Assembly (NCBI GenBank): GCA_963720475.1 | Contig: OY970394.1 | Location: 619,550 to 683,549, forward strand | Direction: 5' to 3' | DNA: 64,000 nt | Source: an uncultured Thermoleophilaceae bacterium | GTDB lineage: Bacteria > Actinomycetota > Thermoleophilia > Solirubrobacterales > Thermoleophilaceae | Shown: positions 9,123 through 18,400 of the stretch, piece by piece | Layout of the letters: each line of letters begins with the position of its first letter | Numbering within the stretch: the first letter of the stretch is position 1 | Translations under genes and position numbers: made by a program | Notes under the pieces: generated by a model | The model's input: the letters and a program-made list of their open reading frames with translations, nothing else | The model's database searches: none | Told to the model about the DNA's origin: nothing

Positions 9123-9155
9123 GAGGGCCCGGCAAATGCCGGGCCCTCTTTCGTT
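9123..9155. terminator. intrinsic terminator hairpin between convergent groEL and the GNAT gene
   Basis: GAGGGCCCGGC-AAAT-GCCGGGCCCTC is an 11-bp perfect stem, followed by TTTCGTTT on the + strand. Confidence 0.75.
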
Positions 9156-9614
9156 TCAGCCGAGCGGCTTGCGGAGGAAGACGACGGGGGCATCGCCGCC
9201 AAGCACCCGGCGGTCGTACTCGACGTAGCCGATCCGCCGGTAGAGGGCGATGTTCTCCGTCATCAGTTCGTGCGTGTAGAGGTAGATCGAGTCGAAGCCC
9301 TCGGCGGCGGCCTGCGCGTCGGCGTGCTCGAGCAGCGCCCGGCCGACGCCGGTGCCCTCATGTGCGGGATCCACGGCGACGTTGTCGACGACGAACCCCT
9401 CCTCGTCGGGCCCGATCGCGATCAGCCCGACTATCTCCCCGTCCACCTCGGCGATCGTGACGGAGAAGTTCCGCATCACCTCGGCGTAGTCGTCGGTGTA
9501 GGGCCTCGGCGGCCTGCCAATTCGCTCGATGTAACGACCGTAGGCGGCCTGCGCGACCTCGGTGAGCCGCGCGACGTCTTCGGGGCCGGCGGGGCGGAGG
9601 ACGGGTTCGGTCAT
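9156..9614 (-). CDS. GNAT family N-acetyltransferase
   Basis: 152 aa with the acetyl-CoA motif HEGTGVGRALLEHA. Confidence 0.85.
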   Translation of the reverse strand: MTEPVLRPAGPEDVARLTEVAQAAYGRYIERIGRPPRPYTDDYAEVMRNFSVTIAEVDGEIVGLIAIGPDEEGFVVDNVAVDPAHEGTGVGRALLEHADAQAAAEGFDSIYLYTHELMTENIALYRRIGYVEYDRRVLGGDAPVVFLRKPLG

Positions 9615-9656
9615 CGCGGCGATCCTGCCAAAGCGCGTCGTCCTCCGCCTCGGGCG

Positions 9657-10541
9657 CTAGCCGGCCGCCAGCACCTCTGCCATCGAGAGTGGGCTGACGC
9701 CGAGTGCGCGGGCGTCGGCCACTCCGCGCTCGCTCGTCATCGAGAGCTCCATCAGCTCGGCCTCGTCCCAGGTCGCGAACACCTGCGGGCCCGCGACGAG
9801 CTCCGCCAGGTCGAGCGAGCGCCGCACGAACGGCAGTGGCAGGTGCAGCAGGCGACGGCGCCGCCCGAACGAGCGCAACGCGATCCGCACGATTGCGTCG
9901 TGCGTGAGCATGTCCGGTCCCGCGAGCTCGAAGCGGGCCTTCGAGCCGTTCGAAGCGGACCCCTGGAGGCTCGCGAGCAGGCAGTCGGCGGCGTCCTCGG
10001 CCCAGATCGGCTGATAGACGGACTTGCCCGATCCGGAGACCGGCATTGCCGGCAGGTAGGAGAAGCGGCGCAGCAGCGTCATCCAGGGGTCGTCGGGCGC
10101 AAAGACGATCGAGGGAGCGAAGATCGTGCTCGGCACCTCGCTGTCGGCGACCGCCTCTTCCGCGAGCGCCTTCGAGCGGAAGAACGCCGTGCGCGAGTGG
10201 AGCGAGACCCCGAGCGCCGACGCGAAGACGAAACGCTCCACGCCGGCCCGCTCGGCGGCGCGGAGCAACCGCAGCGTTCCGACCGCGTTGATCTCCTCTA
10301 TCGAAGCGTGCGGTTGATCGCGGATCGAGGCGGCCAGGTGGACGACGGTCTTGACGCCGCGCATCGCGTTGCGGAACGAGCCCGGCGTGCCGAGATCGCC
10401 GAGCGCCAACTGGACCCGCACGCGCTCGGAGCCGAGCTTGCGCGGATCGCGCACGAGGCAGCGGACGGGCATGCCGGCCACCGTCAGGCGGCGCAGCAGG
10501 GCCGAGCCGATCGTGCCGGTGGCGCCGGTCAGCAGGATCAT
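9657..10541 (-). CDS. NAD(P)H-binding SDR-family protein (NmrA / NDUFA9-like)
   Basis: Start MILLTGATGTIGSALLRRL (Rossmann GxxGxxG) at the internal ATG 10539-10541 of track ORF 9657..10736. Confidence 0.8.
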   Translation of the reverse strand: MILLTGATGTIGSALLRRLTVAGMPVRCLVRDPRKLGSERVRVQLALGDLGTPGSFRNAMRGVKTVVHLAASIRDQPHASIEEINAVGTLRLLRAAERAGVERFVFASALGVSLHSRTAFFRSKALAEEAVADSEVPSTIFAPSIVFAPDDPWMTLLRRFSYLPAMPVSGSGKSVYQPIWAEDAADCLLASLQGSASNGSKARFELAGPDMLTHDAIVRIALRSFGRRRRLLHLPLPFVRRSLDLAELVAGPQVFATWDEAELMELSMTSERGVADARALGVSPLSMAEVLAAG

Positions 10542-10655
10542 GAGGTGCAGTATCCACTTCCCGCGACCGCTCCGGCGCGCGGGGCGGATACAATTCCGCG
10601 CTCCGCCGCCCCACCGCGGGCGACCCGAATCCGACCCCGAGGAACCGATACCCAC

Positions 10656-10922
10656 ATGACGTACATCATCGCCGAGCCCTGCATCGGCACCAAGGACAAC
10701 TCTTGCGTAGAGGTGTGCCCCGTGGACTGCATCCACCCCACGCCCGACGAGGCGGACTACGACGCGGTCGAGATGCTCTACATCGATGCCGAGGAGTGCA
10801 TCGACTGCGACGCCTGTGTCGAGGCCTGCCCGGTGGACGCCTGCTTCGCCGAGGACCAGCTCCCCGACGAGTGGGCCGGCTACGTCCAGAAGAACGCGGA
10901 CTACTACAAGCAGAAGGCCTGA
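10656..10922 (+). CDS. fdxA: 7Fe-type ferredoxin
   Basis: MTYIIAEPCIGTKDNSCVEVCPVDCIHP...CIDCDACVEACPVDA; 88 aa at the end of the spurious track ORF 9270..10922. Confidence 0.9.
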   Translation: MTYIIAEPCIGTKDNSCVEVCPVDCIHPTPDEADYDAVEMLYIDAEECIDCDACVEACPVDACFAEDQLPDEWAGYVQKNADYYKQKA

Positions 10923-10931
10923 CCCGGCGGG

Positions 10932-11519
10932 ATGAACGGGCGGAGCGCCGAGGCGCTCGCTGACTCACCTGCGGAGCGGGCCGCGCTGGAAGGGCTCCGC
11001 GAGGCCGCCGCCGGCTCCGGCACGGAGGTGGCGATGGAGCGCCACTGCGCGCGGACGTTCCTGATCGCCGAGGAGATGGGGCGGTTGCGCGGCGACGAGT
11101 TCGACCACGAGCTCCTGTTCTGCGCGGCGATGCTCCACGACGCCGGCATCTACCCGTCTGCCTCGACCGGCGATGCCTATGTTCGCGACAGCGGCCGGCT
11201 CGTGGCCAAGGTGCTCGACCCACTGCTGTGGTCGCCCGAGCGGATCGCGCTCTGCGCCGCTGCGTGCGAGTTCCACCACGACCTGCGCTCGCAGTGGGAC
11301 CGCGGCGCGGAGGTCGAGCTCATCCGTCGCGCCGATCTCGTCGATGTGGGCGGCGGGATCATCCGCTTCGGCGTACCGGGTGCGTGGCTGAAGCAGCTGT
11401 TCGCCGACGTTCCCCGCAAGGGGTTCTATCGGGGGATCGGCAAGCTGCTGGTCGGGGTGCTGCGGGAGCGCCCGGCGACGCTGCCCAAGATCTTCGCGAG
11501 CCGGCCCACGTCAGGCTGA
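10932..11519 (+). CDS. HD-domain protein (putative phosphohydrolase)
   Basis: 195 aa with the LHDAG motif and a later EFHHD histidine pair. Starts 10 nt after fdxA. Confidence 0.65.
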   Translation: MNGRSAEALADSPAERAALEGLREAAAGSGTEVAMERHCARTFLIAEEMGRLRGDEFDHELLFCAAMLHDAGIYPSASTGDAYVRDSGRLVAKVLDPLLWSPERIALCAAACEFHHDLRSQWDRGAEVELIRRADLVDVGGGIIRFGVPGAWLKQLFADVPRKGFYRGIGKLLVGVLRERPATLPKIFASRPTSG

Positions 11520-11525
11520 GCGGCG

Positions 11526-12671
11526 CTAGGGCGCCATCGGCAGCGCCGTGCCCGTGACGGGCGGCGCCAGGTCACCGTTGGCGCTCGCCTGCTCGAGCGG
11601 GAGCTCCTGCGGTGTCACCGAAATCAGTCCGCGGGCAGCGTGGAAGAGCGCCTGCGAGGCGGGCGCGTCGGGGTCGTCGAGCACCAGCGGGCGACCGTTG
11701 TCGGCGCCGACGCGAAGCTCTTCCTGGAGCGGGATCTTGCCGAGCAGCGGCACGTCGAGCTCGTCGGCGAGCTGCTGGCCGCCGCCCTCGCCGAAGATCG
11801 TGAAGCGTTCGCCCGTCGGAGTCGTGAAGCCGGACATGTTCTCGATCACGCCGGCGATCTCGAGGTCGAAGCGCTTGGCCGTCTCGGCGGCGCGCGCCGC
11901 GACCTTCTGCGCCGCCGGCTGCGGCGTCGTGACGATCACGAACTTGGCCTGCGGGAGCAGCTGCGCGAGCGTCATCGAGACGTCGCCGGTGCCGGGCGGG
12001 AGGTCGATCAGGAGGTAGTCGAGCTCACCCCAGTCGACGTCTTCGAGGAACTGCCGGATCGCCTTATGGAGCATCGGACCGCGCCAGGTGATCGCCTGGT
12101 CCTCGGTCTCAAGGAAGAACTCGATCGACATCGCCCGCACCCCGCCAAGCACCTCGAGCGGGATGATCTTGCGCTCGGCCGACACCTTCGGCTTGCCGTG
12201 GACGCCGAGCATGCGCGGGATCGAGTAGCCCCACACGTCGGCGTCGAGCGCCCCGGCGAGCTTGCCCTCGGCGTGCAGGGCGGCAGTCAGGTTGGAGGTG
12301 ACCGTGGACTTGCCGACGCCGCCCTTGCCCGAGCCGACGCAGATCACGTTCTTGACCCGCGCGAGCGCGCCCTTCGGCAGCGCGCCGCGTCCGAGGCGCT
12401 GCTGGAGGCCCTTCTTCTCCTCGTCGGAAAGGACGTCGAAGCCCACTTGGACGTGCTCGACGCCGTCGAGCTTCGACACGTTCGCGACGACCGCTTCCTG
12501 GAACTGGGAGCGGATCGGACACCCAGGGGTCGTCAACGAGACGACCACGTCCACGCGCCCGTCCTCGTGGAGTTCGATCGAGCGGACCATCCCGAGGTCC
12601 ACAATCGACTGGCGCAACTCGGGGTCAATCACCGGGCGCAGGGCCTCGGTCACCTGTTCCTTGGTCGGCAT
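11526..12671 (-). CDS. Mrp/ApbC family Fe-S cluster carrier ATPase with N-terminal DUF59/MIP18 domain
   Basis: MPTKEQVTEALRPVIDPELRQSIVDLGMV, deviant Walker A GSGKGGVGKST, and CPIRS. An alternative TTG start lies at 12689. Confidence 0.9.
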   Translation of the reverse strand: MPTKEQVTEALRPVIDPELRQSIVDLGMVRSIELHEDGRVDVVVSLTTPGCPIRSQFQEAVVANVSKLDGVEHVQVGFDVLSDEEKKGLQQRLGRGALPKGALARVKNVICVGSGKGGVGKSTVTSNLTAALHAEGKLAGALDADVWGYSIPRMLGVHGKPKVSAERKIIPLEVLGGVRAMSIEFFLETEDQAITWRGPMLHKAIRQFLEDVDWGELDYLLIDLPPGTGDVSMTLAQLLPQAKFVIVTTPQPAAQKVAARAAETAKRFDLEIAGVIENMSGFTTPTGERFTIFGEGGGQQLADELDVPLLGKIPLQEELRVGADNGRPLVLDDPDAPASQALFHAARGLISVTPQELPLEQASANGDLAPPVTGTALPMAP

Positions 12672-12710
12672 CGTCAGTGATTCTCGCAAACCGGGGCCGT
12701 CGACCCGTTC

Positions 12711-12748
12711 CCAAAAAGAACCGGCGAGGCCCGAAGGCCTCGCCGGTT
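12711..12748 (-). terminator. rho-independent terminator after the HbhA-like gene
   Basis: On the minus strand: AACCGGCGAGGCC-UUCG-GGCCUCGCCGGUU (13-bp perfect stem) followed by CUUUUU. Confidence 0.7.
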
Positions 12749-12842
12749 GAGGGAGGAGAGATACTGCATCACTACCGGCGTTGAGGCCGGCAGTCCTACC
12801 CCGCGTCCGCTCTCCTGATCGGGGCGGGGGGAAGCAACGAAC

Positions 12843-13355
12843 CTAAGCGGCGCTCGCCACCTGGTCCTGGACGCGCTTTGCGATGCCCTCGACGTCCTTG
12901 CGGGTCGTCTTGAGCTGGCGCTCGGCGTTGCGGCGGGTGCGCTTGGCGGCGCGGGTCGCCTGCGTCCGGCGCTGACGGAGCTCGCGCTCCACGCGGACGC
13001 GGGTCTTGCGAACGCGGCGCTGGACGCGGTTGCGCGCGGTGCTGCCGCGACGCTCGAAACGGCGCAGGTCGGCGTTGACCTGGCGCTGGAGCTTCGTGAG
13101 CTCCTTCTCGGCCGTCTCGCGCTTGGTGTACGGCTTGGTGGCCTCGACGACCGCGTCCACGAACGTGTCGCGGACAACGAGAGCCGCACCGACCGGGACC
13201 AGAACCGCTCGCTCGGCCTGCTGCGCGATGACCTCGGTGGTCGTCGCGTCGGCCTGAGCGCGGGTCTGGGCGGCCTTCTTGGCAGCCTGGCTGCGCTTCG
13301 CGGTGTTACGACGACGCGTAGCGGCGGCCTTGTTGGCGGGGGTCTGAGTGGGCAT
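12843..13355 (-). CDS. highly basic coiled-coil protein, HbhA-like (function uncertain)
   Basis: 170 aa. Lys/Arg/Ala-rich N-terminus, hydrophobic core ERAVLVPVGAALVVRDTFVDAVVE, and Arg-rich C-terminal helices. AGGAGGGA SD and an AT-rich upstream region. Confidence 0.6.
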   Translation of the reverse strand: MPTQTPANKAAATRRRNTAKRSQAAKKAAQTRAQADATTTEVIAQQAERAVLVPVGAALVVRDTFVDAVVEATKPYTKRETAEKELTKLQRQVNADLRRFERRGSTARNRVQRRVRKTRVRVERELRQRRTQATRAAKRTRRNAERQLKTTRKDVEGIAKRVQDQVASAA

Positions 13356-13440
13356 TTGCTGGTACTGCTCCCTCCTGATCGGGCGTTCTTATTAGTTCTA
13401 AGTTCAGTAGAAATATACCACCGAACACGCGTTCTCAAAC
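13356..13440 (-). promoter_or_regulatory. AT-rich promoter region of the HbhA-like gene
   Basis: GGTATATTTCTACTGAACTTAGAACTAATAAGAAC (minus strand) stands out as unusually AT-rich in this genome and sits directly upstream of the SD and ATG. Confidence 0.3.
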
Positions 13441-13471
13441 CCCGCCCCCGGAGCGTGGTTACACGGGTCGA

Positions 13472-14527
13472 TCAGACAGCAGCCGGCGTGGCCCCGCGCT
13501 CGACGCGTGCGAGCCAGTCCCGCGGACGCTCGATCTCACCCAGGTCCGGCAGCGCGGCGGGTTCGATCCAGACCCTGTTGAGGCCCTCGATACCCGCCTC
13601 GTCGACGACGGCGTCGCAGAAGCGCTTGCCGTCCTCGTACTGGCGCATCTTCGCGTCGAGGCCGAGTAGTCGCATGAGGATCCGCTCGACGGCCGACCGA
13701 CTCCGCCGGCGGCGCTCCATCGCGCTGCGCAGACTGTCGAGGTCCGGGAGGACCTCCGCCCCGACAGCGTCCATCACGTGCTCGGAGTACCCCTCGATCA
13801 CGGCCATGGCCGCCTGGACCTTGTCCATGATCGCTCGCTGCTCGTGCGATTGAACGAGCGCGGCAAGGCCTCCCTCGCGGAATTCCTCGACCAGCTTGCG
13901 CGGGTCCGGCAGGCTCGGTAGGCCGCCCGCGGCGCCACGGTCTATCCGCACCTCGACGGTGTCGAGGTACTGCCGCAGCAGGCCCCCCAGGTGCTCCCGC
14001 AGCCACGGAACGCCGGAGAACTGGAACACGTGCGTCAGCTCGTGGAGGGTCACCCAGCGCAGGAAGCCCTCCCGCTCGACCCCGAGCTGCTCCGACGCGC
14101 GTGCGAGGTTCGGCGCGACGAACAGCAGCCGCGGCTCGACCTCAGGCTGCAGCAGGGACAGTTCGTACTGGCCGAGGACCCGCTGCGACATGTACCCGAT
14201 GACGAGCCCGGCCTCCGCCGCGAGCGTCGCGCCCGCGACGATACGCAGTGGACCCGCGAGCGCCCCGGCGCCGGACATGCGGCCCTCGAGGCGCGTGGCG
14301 ACGGGGTCGAGCAGCGATGCGAGCGTGTCGAGGTTTACGTCGGCCCACGCGGGCCGGTCGAGCGTCTCGGCCTGCGGGAGCGGTGTAGGCGGCTCGAGCC
14401 GGGTATAGCCCGCAACGTGATCGGCCGATTCGGCGCTGAGCGCGCTGAGGTCGGCTCCGATCTCCGCCGGCGGCGGGTTGCCAGCCGCATAGCGTGCGAT
14501 CTGGCGGGCTAACGACCAATCGACCAT
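13472..14527 (-). CDS. zinc-dependent metalloprotease, DUF2342 family
   Basis: 351 aa with the HExxH motif in VTLHELTHVFQF. The architecture is typical of the actinobacterial DUF2342 hydrolases. Confidence 0.7.
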   Translation of the reverse strand: MVDWSLARQIARYAAGNPPPAEIGADLSALSAESADHVAGYTRLEPPTPLPQAETLDRPAWADVNLDTLASLLDPVATRLEGRMSGAGALAGPLRIVAGATLAAEAGLVIGYMSQRVLGQYELSLLQPEVEPRLLFVAPNLARASEQLGVEREGFLRWVTLHELTHVFQFSGVPWLREHLGGLLRQYLDTVEVRIDRGAAGGLPSLPDPRKLVEEFREGGLAALVQSHEQRAIMDKVQAAMAVIEGYSEHVMDAVGAEVLPDLDSLRSAMERRRRSRSAVERILMRLLGLDAKMRQYEDGKRFCDAVVDEAGIEGLNRVWIEPAALPDLGEIERPRDWLARVERGATPAAV

Positions 14528-14563
14528 CCCGGGAAACAGTAGCCCTCTCGGTGCGCCGGGGCC

Positions 14564-15403
14564 TCAGCCGGGAGCGGGCAACACGTCGAGCCGGGCGAGC
14601 GCCTCCGGCCCGTTCGCCGCCTGGACGCGCGAGCGCATCCCCAGCTCGAGCGGTGCGGCGAGCTCCCCGTCGCCCGCGTCGGGGAAGCGGGCAGCCCCAC
14701 CGGCCTCACGCACGATGAGCTGTCCAGCCGCCGCATCCACCGAGCGGCAATGCGCGAGGCTCGCCATCGCGTCCACGCGCGCGCCCGCGATCCAGCAGAG
14801 CGCAAGCGCAATCGAGCCGAGCGCGCGTAGCCGCGATGGTCCGGCCTCGCGGATCGCCTCGGCGTTGCGGGCGACGTGGTACGGGTGGGTGGACTCGAGC
14901 GCGAGCACGTCGAGCGGATGGCCGGAGTCGAGTGCGAGCTCGTCCGCTCCCCGCCAGGCACCTTCGCCGCGGCGCGCGGACCACTCCTCGCCGCGGGCGA
15001 AGTCGTGGACGAAGGCGAACGCCACGTCGGCCATCGTCGGGCCGTCGGCGACGGCAATCGAGACGCAGTACGCCGGGAAGTCGCGCTTGGCGTTGCGCGA
15101 GCCGTCGACCGGATCGATCACGACGTGAACGGGCCCGCCGCCGGCGATCTCCACCTCGCCGCGCTCCTCGGAGATCGCGCGGACGGGCTCGCCGAGACGC
15201 TCCAGCTCGCCGAAGATGGCGTCCTCGACGGCCGCGTCGATCACGAGGGTCTCGTCTCCCCCTTCTCCACGCCCGACGGTCTCGGCGCGGTCACCCGTTT
15301 CCGGGTAGCGCTCGAGCGCAGCGCTCGCAGCGGCGGCGGCGCGGCGAGCAAAGCCGAGCCAGTCCGCCGCAAGCAGCGCGTTCTGCGGCTCGGGGGGCGC
15401 CAT
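14564..15403 (-). CDS. inositol monophosphatase family protein
   Basis: 279 aa with the EERG and VIDPVDGS metal-binding motifs. Confidence 0.8.
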   Translation of the reverse strand: MAPPEPQNALLAADWLGFARRAAAAASAALERYPETGDRAETVGRGEGGDETLVIDAAVEDAIFGELERLGEPVRAISEERGEVEIAGGGPVHVVIDPVDGSRNAKRDFPAYCVSIAVADGPTMADVAFAFVHDFARGEEWSARRGEGAWRGADELALDSGHPLDVLALESTHPYHVARNAEAIREAGPSRLRALGSIALALCWIAGARVDAMASLAHCRSVDAAAGQLIVREAGGAARFPDAGDGELAAPLELGMRSRVQAANGPEALARLDVLPAPG

Positions 15404-15412
15404 GGGGCGGCG

Positions 15413-15419
15413 TATCCTA
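15413..15419. promoter_or_regulatory. quasi-palindromic -10 element TATCCTA (TATCCT on +, TAGGAT on -) shared by the divergent IMPase and helicase genes
   Basis: 8 nt upstream of ATG 15427 (+) and 10 nt upstream of ATG 15403 (-). The spacer is only 23 nt and has no SD. Confidence 0.4.
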
Positions 15420-15426
15420 CGGGGGC

Positions 15427-18400
15427 ATGCCCGACCCCCTCGACGGCCTCAACGACGCTCAGCGCGAGGCCGTCACCCACCGCGAAGGGCCGCTGCTCGT
15501 CGTCGCGGGAGCGGGCACCGGCAAGACCCGCACGCTCACCCGACGCTTCGCGTGGCTGGTCGAGCAGGGCGTCGAGCCGGACTCCATCCTCGCGCTGACG
15601 TTCTCCCAGGCGGCCGCGGCCGAGATGCGCGAGCGCCTCGAGACCCTGATCGAGGCCCCGTTCGAGGAGTTGTGGGCGCAGACGTTCCACGGATTCTGCG
15701 CGCGGCTGCTGGGCGACGAAGCGCTCGAGACCGGCGGCGATCCGTTCCTCGAGCCGATCACCCCCGCCGGCCGGCTCGCGCTGCTGCTCGACCGTGTCGA
15801 CGAGGTCACCCTGCGCCAGCACCAGATCCGCGGTAACCCCGTGCCGCTGCTGTCGAGCTTCATCTCGCGGATCGACCGGCTGAAAGACGAGATGGTGAGC
15901 GCGGCCGACTACCGCGCCTACGCCGAGGCGCTCGACCCCGGCGAGGACGATGCGACGCGCGCGACCGCCGCGCGCGAGGTCGAGTTCGCGAGCATCTACG
16001 AGGCGCACGAGCGGATGCTCGCCGACGCCGGCGCACTCGATTTCGGCGACCTGATCCTGCGCGCCTACCGCCTCCTGCACGAGCACCCTCACGTCCGCGC
16101 ACGCACCTCCGAGCGCTTCGGCCACGTGCTCGTCGACGAGTACCAGGACACGAACTTCGCCCAGGGCGTGCTCCTGCGGCTGCTCGTCCAGGACCACCGC
16201 AACGTCTGGGCCGTGGGCGACGACGATCAGGCGATCTACCGCTTCCGCGGCGCGTCGCAGAAGAACCTGCGCGACTTCGAGCGCGAGTACCCCGACGCGA
16301 GGCTTGTCCGTCTCGAGCAGAACTACCGCTCGGGTCAGCGCATCCTGACCGCTGCCACGGCGGTCGTCGAGGGCGACCCAGACCGGATCGAGAAGAGCCT
16401 CCAGGGCGCGAGCGGAGGCGTCGTCGATTTCTGGCGTTGCCGCTCCGACCGTGCGCAGGCGCAGGCCGCCGCCGCGCACGCCGAGCAGCTGATCGTCGGC
16501 GAAGGCGTTACGCCGGGTGAGATCTGCATTCTCGTGCGTTCGATCAACAACGAGGGCCAGGCGATCGCCGCGGCGCTCGAGGAGCGCGGGCTGCCGTTCC
16601 GGCTCGCGGGGGCGGCCGCCTACTTCCAGCGGGCCGAGATCCGCGACCTGCTCGCCTGGCTGCGCCTGCTCGCCGATCCGAACGACTCCGGGGCCGTCGT
16701 CCGGGCACTCTCGCGACCGCCGATCGAACTACGCTCGGTGGACCTCGCCCGCCTGACCCAGCTCGCCCGCCGGCGAAAGCTCGACATGGTGTCGGCGGTG
16801 GCCACGGCGCTCGATGGACCACAGCTCTCGCCCGAGGGACGCGACCGTGCGCAGGCGTTTCTCAAGCTACAGCGCTCGGCTGCGGGGGCATTCGAGGAGA
16901 TGCGGCCGGACGCGTTCGTCCACCGCCTGATCGAGCGGGTCGGCATCCGCCGCCAGCAGCTGTTCGCCGCGCAGGCGGACACGCTCGACCGGCTCGTCAA
17001 CATCGCGAAGCTGGCCGAGATCGCGGCCGCCTATGGCCGGCGCCAGCCGAACGGGACTCCGCGGGACTTCGCGCACTACATCGCGGCGGTGGCCGAGTCG
17101 GGCCTGCGCGAGGACGAGGCCGTCCCTCCCGCCCTGGCGAGCGCGGTCCAGGTGCGGACGATGCACTCGGCGAAGGGGCTCGAGTTCGACCACGTGCTCG
17201 TCCTTGGCCTGACCTCGACGCGGATGCCGGGCGCCTACCGTCGCCGTCCGGACGAGATCCCCGACGAGCTGCTCAAGGAGGAGCTCCCCGAGGAGGGCCG
17301 GGCCGCCCACGAGGGCGAGCAGCGGCGGCTGCTCCACGTCGCGATGACGCGCGCGCGAAGCGGGCTCGTGCTCGCATGGCCGGAGACCGGCGCACGACCC
17401 AAGCCGTCGTCGTTCTACGAGGAGGCGCGCACCGCTCTCGAAGCCGAGGAGAGCGTCCACGAGGAGGAGCTCTTCGGTCCCGGCGAGGGCCTCCACTCGA
17501 CGTTCCGCATGATGCGCGACGAGCTGCTCGACTCGGTCTCGCGGGTCGGCAGCCGGCTGGGCGAGCTGCGGCTCGACACATACCTGGATGTCGCCGGCTC
17601 GGTCACCCGCTACCTCGAGCTGCTCAAGGTCGCGGCGCTGATCGAGCGTTCGAAGCACGGTCAACCGCTCGAGCAGTCGCTGGGCGAGGTCAACGAGCTG
17701 CTGCTGCAGGCTGCGACGTCGGAGCAGCGCGAGCTGTTCGAAACCTCAGCGCTCGATGCCTACCTGCTCGACACCGCGCGCGAGGAGCCGCTCGCAGCCG
17801 CCTCGGCCGACGCGGCCGACGGCGCGCTCGACTCGTTCATCCCCCGCCGGGGAGAAGGGCTGATGCTGTCGGCCTCCGACATCGAGACGTACCGGATGTG
17901 CCCGCTGAAGTACAAGTTCGCGCGCGTCTTCCGGATCCCGCAGGAGCCGACGATCAACCAGCGCTTCGGGATCGTCATGCACCAGGTGCTCGAGCGCTTC
18001 CACGCGGGCGGCGGTGGCTCGCTCGAGCAGCTGATGGCGCTGTTCGAGGACTCGTGGCGCCGCGGCGGCTTCGGTGACTCCAACGACGACATGCAGTTCC
18101 ACGCGCGCGCGATCGAGGCCCTCGAGCGCTACTGGGAGCTCGACCAGGAGCGCACCTCGGAGCCGGTCTGGTTCGAGCGCAGCTTCTCGTTCAAGCTCGG
18201 ACCGCACCTCCTCCGCGGGCGGGTCGACCGCGTCGACCGCCTCGCGGACGGCAACTACGAGCTGATCGACTACAAGACCGGCAAGCCGAAGACCGCGCGC
18301 CAGCTCCGCGAGGACGTGCAGCTATCCGTCTACCAAATGGGCGCGCGCGAGTCGTGGCAGCTCGAAACCTCCGCGCAGAGCTACTACTACGTGCTCGAGA

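Noticed and set aside
12750-12842. Possible 6C RNA, because of the C-runs (CUUCCCCCCGCCCC and CUCCUCCCUC) upstream of a ParA/MinD-family (mrp) gene.
   Set aside because: The 6C motif requires the C-runs to sit in the loops of two hairpins. I could not find flanking complementary arms around either C-run, so the resemblance is compositional only.
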